From Auanema rhodensis (lineage: Eukaryota; Animalia; Nematoda), in the NCBI GenBank assembly GCA_964057225.1, contig OZ059894.1, forward strand, positions 8,246,001 through 8,310,000: a stretch of 64,000 bases of DNA, in the 5' to 3' direction. Under the pieces are notes generated by a model that made no database searches, was not told where the DNA came from, and saw only the letters and a program-made list of their open reading frames with translations. A program made the position numbers and the translations under genes. Below are positions 61,190 through 64,000 of the stretch, in pieces (positions within the stretch are counted from its first letter, which is position 1; each line of letters starts with the position of its first letter).

Positions 61190-61412
61190 GAGCCCACCCG
61201 GGAGCGAAACATTTTTGGTTTCCACAGTTCCAATTAAGCAAAATTAAAATTTTAATTCATCTACTTACGATCTCCTTCATAAATTTTCTAGAAGGATTGG
61301 ATAAGATAGACCAGAACATCAGAAAATATGGATCATTGACTGATCTAAAACAGAAGTAGAAACTTCACAAGTCTAGATTGTTGAGTATATGTGCTTCCGT
61401 GGCGCAATAGGC

Positions 61413-61448
<36 letters not shown>

Positions 61449-61671
61449 GAGCCCACCCGGGAGCGAAACATTTTTGATTTCCACAGTTCCAATTAAGCAA
61501 AATTAAAATTTTAATTCATCTACTTACGATCTCATTCATAAATTTTCTAGAAGGATTGGATAAGATAGACCAGAACATCAGAAAATATGGATCATTGACT
61601 AATCTAAAACAGAAGTAGAAACTTCACAAGTCTAGATTGTTGAGTATATGTGCTTCCGTGGCGCAATAGGC

Positions 61672-61707
<36 letters not shown>

Positions 61708-61930
61708 GAGCCCACCCGGGAGCGAAATATTTTTGGTTTCCACAGTTCCAATTAAGCAAAATTAAAATTTTAATTCATCTACTTACGATCTCATTCATAA
61801 ATTTTCTAGAAGGATTGGATAAGATAGACCAGAACATCAGAAAATATGGATCATTGACTGATCTAAAACAGAAGTAGAAACTTCACAAGTCTAGATTGTT
61901 GAGTATATGTGCTTCCGTGGCGCAATAGGC

Positions 61931-61966
<36 letters not shown>

Positions 61967-62189
61967 GAGCCCACCCGGGAGCGAAATATTTTTGGTTTCC
62001 ACAGTTCCAATTAAGCAAAATTAAAATTTTAATTCATCTACTTACGATCTCATTCATAAATTTTCTAGAAGGATTGGATAAGATAGACCAGAACATCAGA
62101 AAATATGGATCATTGACTGATCTAAAACAGAAGTAGAAACTTCACAAGTCTAGATTGTTGATTATATGTGCTTCCGTGGCGCAATAGGC

Positions 62190-62225
<36 letters not shown>

Positions 62226-62448
62226 GAGCCCACCCGGGAGCGAAACATTTTTGGTTTCCACAGTTCCAATTAAGCAAAATTAAAATTTTAATTCATCTAC
62301 TTACGATCTCCTTCATAAATTTTCTAGAAGGATTGGATAAGATAGACCAGAACATCAGAAAATATGGATCATTGACTGATCTAAAACAGAAGTAGAATCT
62401 TCACAAGTCTAGATTGTTGAGTATATGTGCTTCCGTGGCGCAATAGGC

Positions 62449-62484
<36 letters not shown>

Positions 62485-62719
62485 GAGCCCACCCGGGAGC
62501 GAAACATTTTTGATTTCCACAGTTCAAATTAAGCTTCAAATTGAGCAAAATTAAAATTTTAATTCCTCTACTTACGATCTCATTCATAAATTTACTAGAA
62601 GGATTGGATAAAATAGACCAGAACATCAGAAAATATGGATCATTGACTGATCTAAAACAGAAGTAGAAACTTCACAAGTCTAGATTGTTGAGTATATGTG
62701 CTTCCGTGGCGCAATAGGC

Positions 62720-62755
<36 letters not shown>

Positions 62756-62978
62756 GAGCCCACCCGGGAGCGAAATATTTTTGGTTTCCACAGTTCCAAT
62801 TAAGCGAAATTAAAATTTTAATTCATTTACTTGCGATCTCATTCATAAATTTTCTAGAAGGATTGGATAAGATAGACCAGAACATCAGAAAATATGGATC
62901 ATTGACTGATCTAAAACAGAAGTAGAAACTTCACAAGTCTAGATTGTTGAGTATATGTGCTTCCGTGGCGCAATAGGC

Positions 62979-63014
<36 letters not shown>

Positions 63015-63237
63015 GAGCCCACCCGGGAGCGAAATATTTTTGGTTTCCACAGTTCCAATAAAGCAAAATTAAAATTTTAATTCATCTACTTACGATCTCA
63101 TTCATAAATTTTCTAGAAGGATTGGATAAGATAGACCAGAACATCAGAAAATATGGATCATTGACTGATCTAAAACAGAAGTAGAAACTTCACAAGTCTA
63201 GATTGTTGAGTATATGTGCTTCCGTGGCGCAATAGGC

Positions 63238-63273
<36 letters not shown>

Positions 63274-63508
63274 GAGCCCACCCGGGAGCGAAACATTTTT
63301 GATTTCCACAGTTCAAATTAAGCTTCAAATTGAGCGAAATTAAAATTTTAATTCATCTACTTACGATCTCTTTCATAAATTTTCTAGAAGGATTGGATAA
63401 GATAGACCAGAACATCAGAAAATATGGATCATTGACTGATCTAAAACAGAAGTAGAAACTTCACAAGTCTAGATTGTTGAGTATATGTGCTTCCGTGGCG
63501 CAATAGGC

Positions 63509-63544
<36 letters not shown>

Positions 63545-63767
63545 GAGCCCACCCGGGAGCGAAATATTTTTGGTTTCCACAGTTCCAATAAAGCAAAATT
63601 AAAATTTTAATTCATCTACTTACGATCTCATTCATAAATTTTCTAGAAGGATTGGATAAGATAGACCAGAACATCAGAAAATATAGATCATTGACTGATC
63701 CAAAACAGAAGTAGAAACTTCACAAGTCTAGATTGTTGAGTATATGTGCTTCCGTGGCGCAATAGGC

Positions 63768-63803
<36 letters not shown>

Positions 63804-63820
63804 GAGCCCACCCGGGAGCG
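55906..63820 (+). tRNA. trnN-GTT: Block of 31 tRNA-Asn(GTT) genes; the array runs off the window
   Basis: Manual count of unit starts. Confidence 0.95.
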
Positions 63821-64000
63821 AAATATTTTTGGTTTCCACAGTTCCAATTAAGCAAAATTAAAATTTTAATTCATCTACTTACGATCTCATTCATAAATTT
63901 TCTAGAAGGATTGGATAAGATAGACCAGAACATCAGAAAATATGGATCATTGACTAATCTAAAACAGAAGTAGAAACTTCACAAGTCTAGATTGTTGAGT

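Larger units (their letters stand above)
1125..64000 (+). repeat. Tandem tRNA-Asn gene array, 259/271-bp units, interrupted by LTR elements
   Basis: Unit starts are spaced 259 or 271 bp apart (12-bp TTCAAATCAAGC-type indel). Spacers are near-identical, each with two TCTAGA sites. Confidence 0.99.

Noticed and set aside
1107-63973. More than 100 near-identical 75-85 aa ORFs (MLPWRNRQ... and antisense MFWSILS...)
   Set aside because: They are translations of the tRNA gene plus spacer. The plus-strand ORFs start at a GTG overlapping the tRNA, and many units carry stop codons.
1125-64000. CRISPR-like repeat-spacer array
   Set aside because: Spacers are near-identical rather than unique, the repeat is a eukaryotic tRNA gene, and there are no cas genes.
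1125-64000. Array as a pure assembly artefact
   Set aside because: Structured regional variants, HORs and TSD-flanked insertions argue for real sequence, though exact copy number needs read confirmation.

Overview
Eukaryotic DNA, probably nematode (inferred from the tRNA-Asn sequence and a BEL/Pao-type phlebovirus-like env). About 40 kb is a head-to-tail tandem array of tRNA-Asn(GTT) genes with 259/271-bp units; I count about 148 full-length copies, organised in higher-order repeats. The array is interrupted by several young LTR insertions, each with a clean target-site duplication (TSD). (1) An apparently intact 11.5-kb Ty3/Gypsy element (44203-55668, minus strand). Its single 2894-codon ORF runs Gag, then a signal peptide/Cys-rich/furin/TM envelope glycoprotein, then PR-RT-RNaseH-IN, so env sits in frame between gag and pol. 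It has non-canonical CG...CG LTR ends and a tRNA-Gln primer-binding site (PBS). (2) A 3.3-kb deletion derivative of that element and a solo LTR. (3) A diverged sister-family non-autonomous element carrying a nested MITE. (4) A 3.65-kb gag/pol-less BEL/Pao-type element encoding only phlebovirus-like Gn/Gc and a zinc-knuckle ORF. The left edge is a 908-bp tandem unit that fuses an antisense fragment of a virga/tobamo-like +ssRNA virus methyltransferase to an LTR-like end and a truncated tRNA-Asn. The many 75-79 aa ORFs across the array are artefacts.
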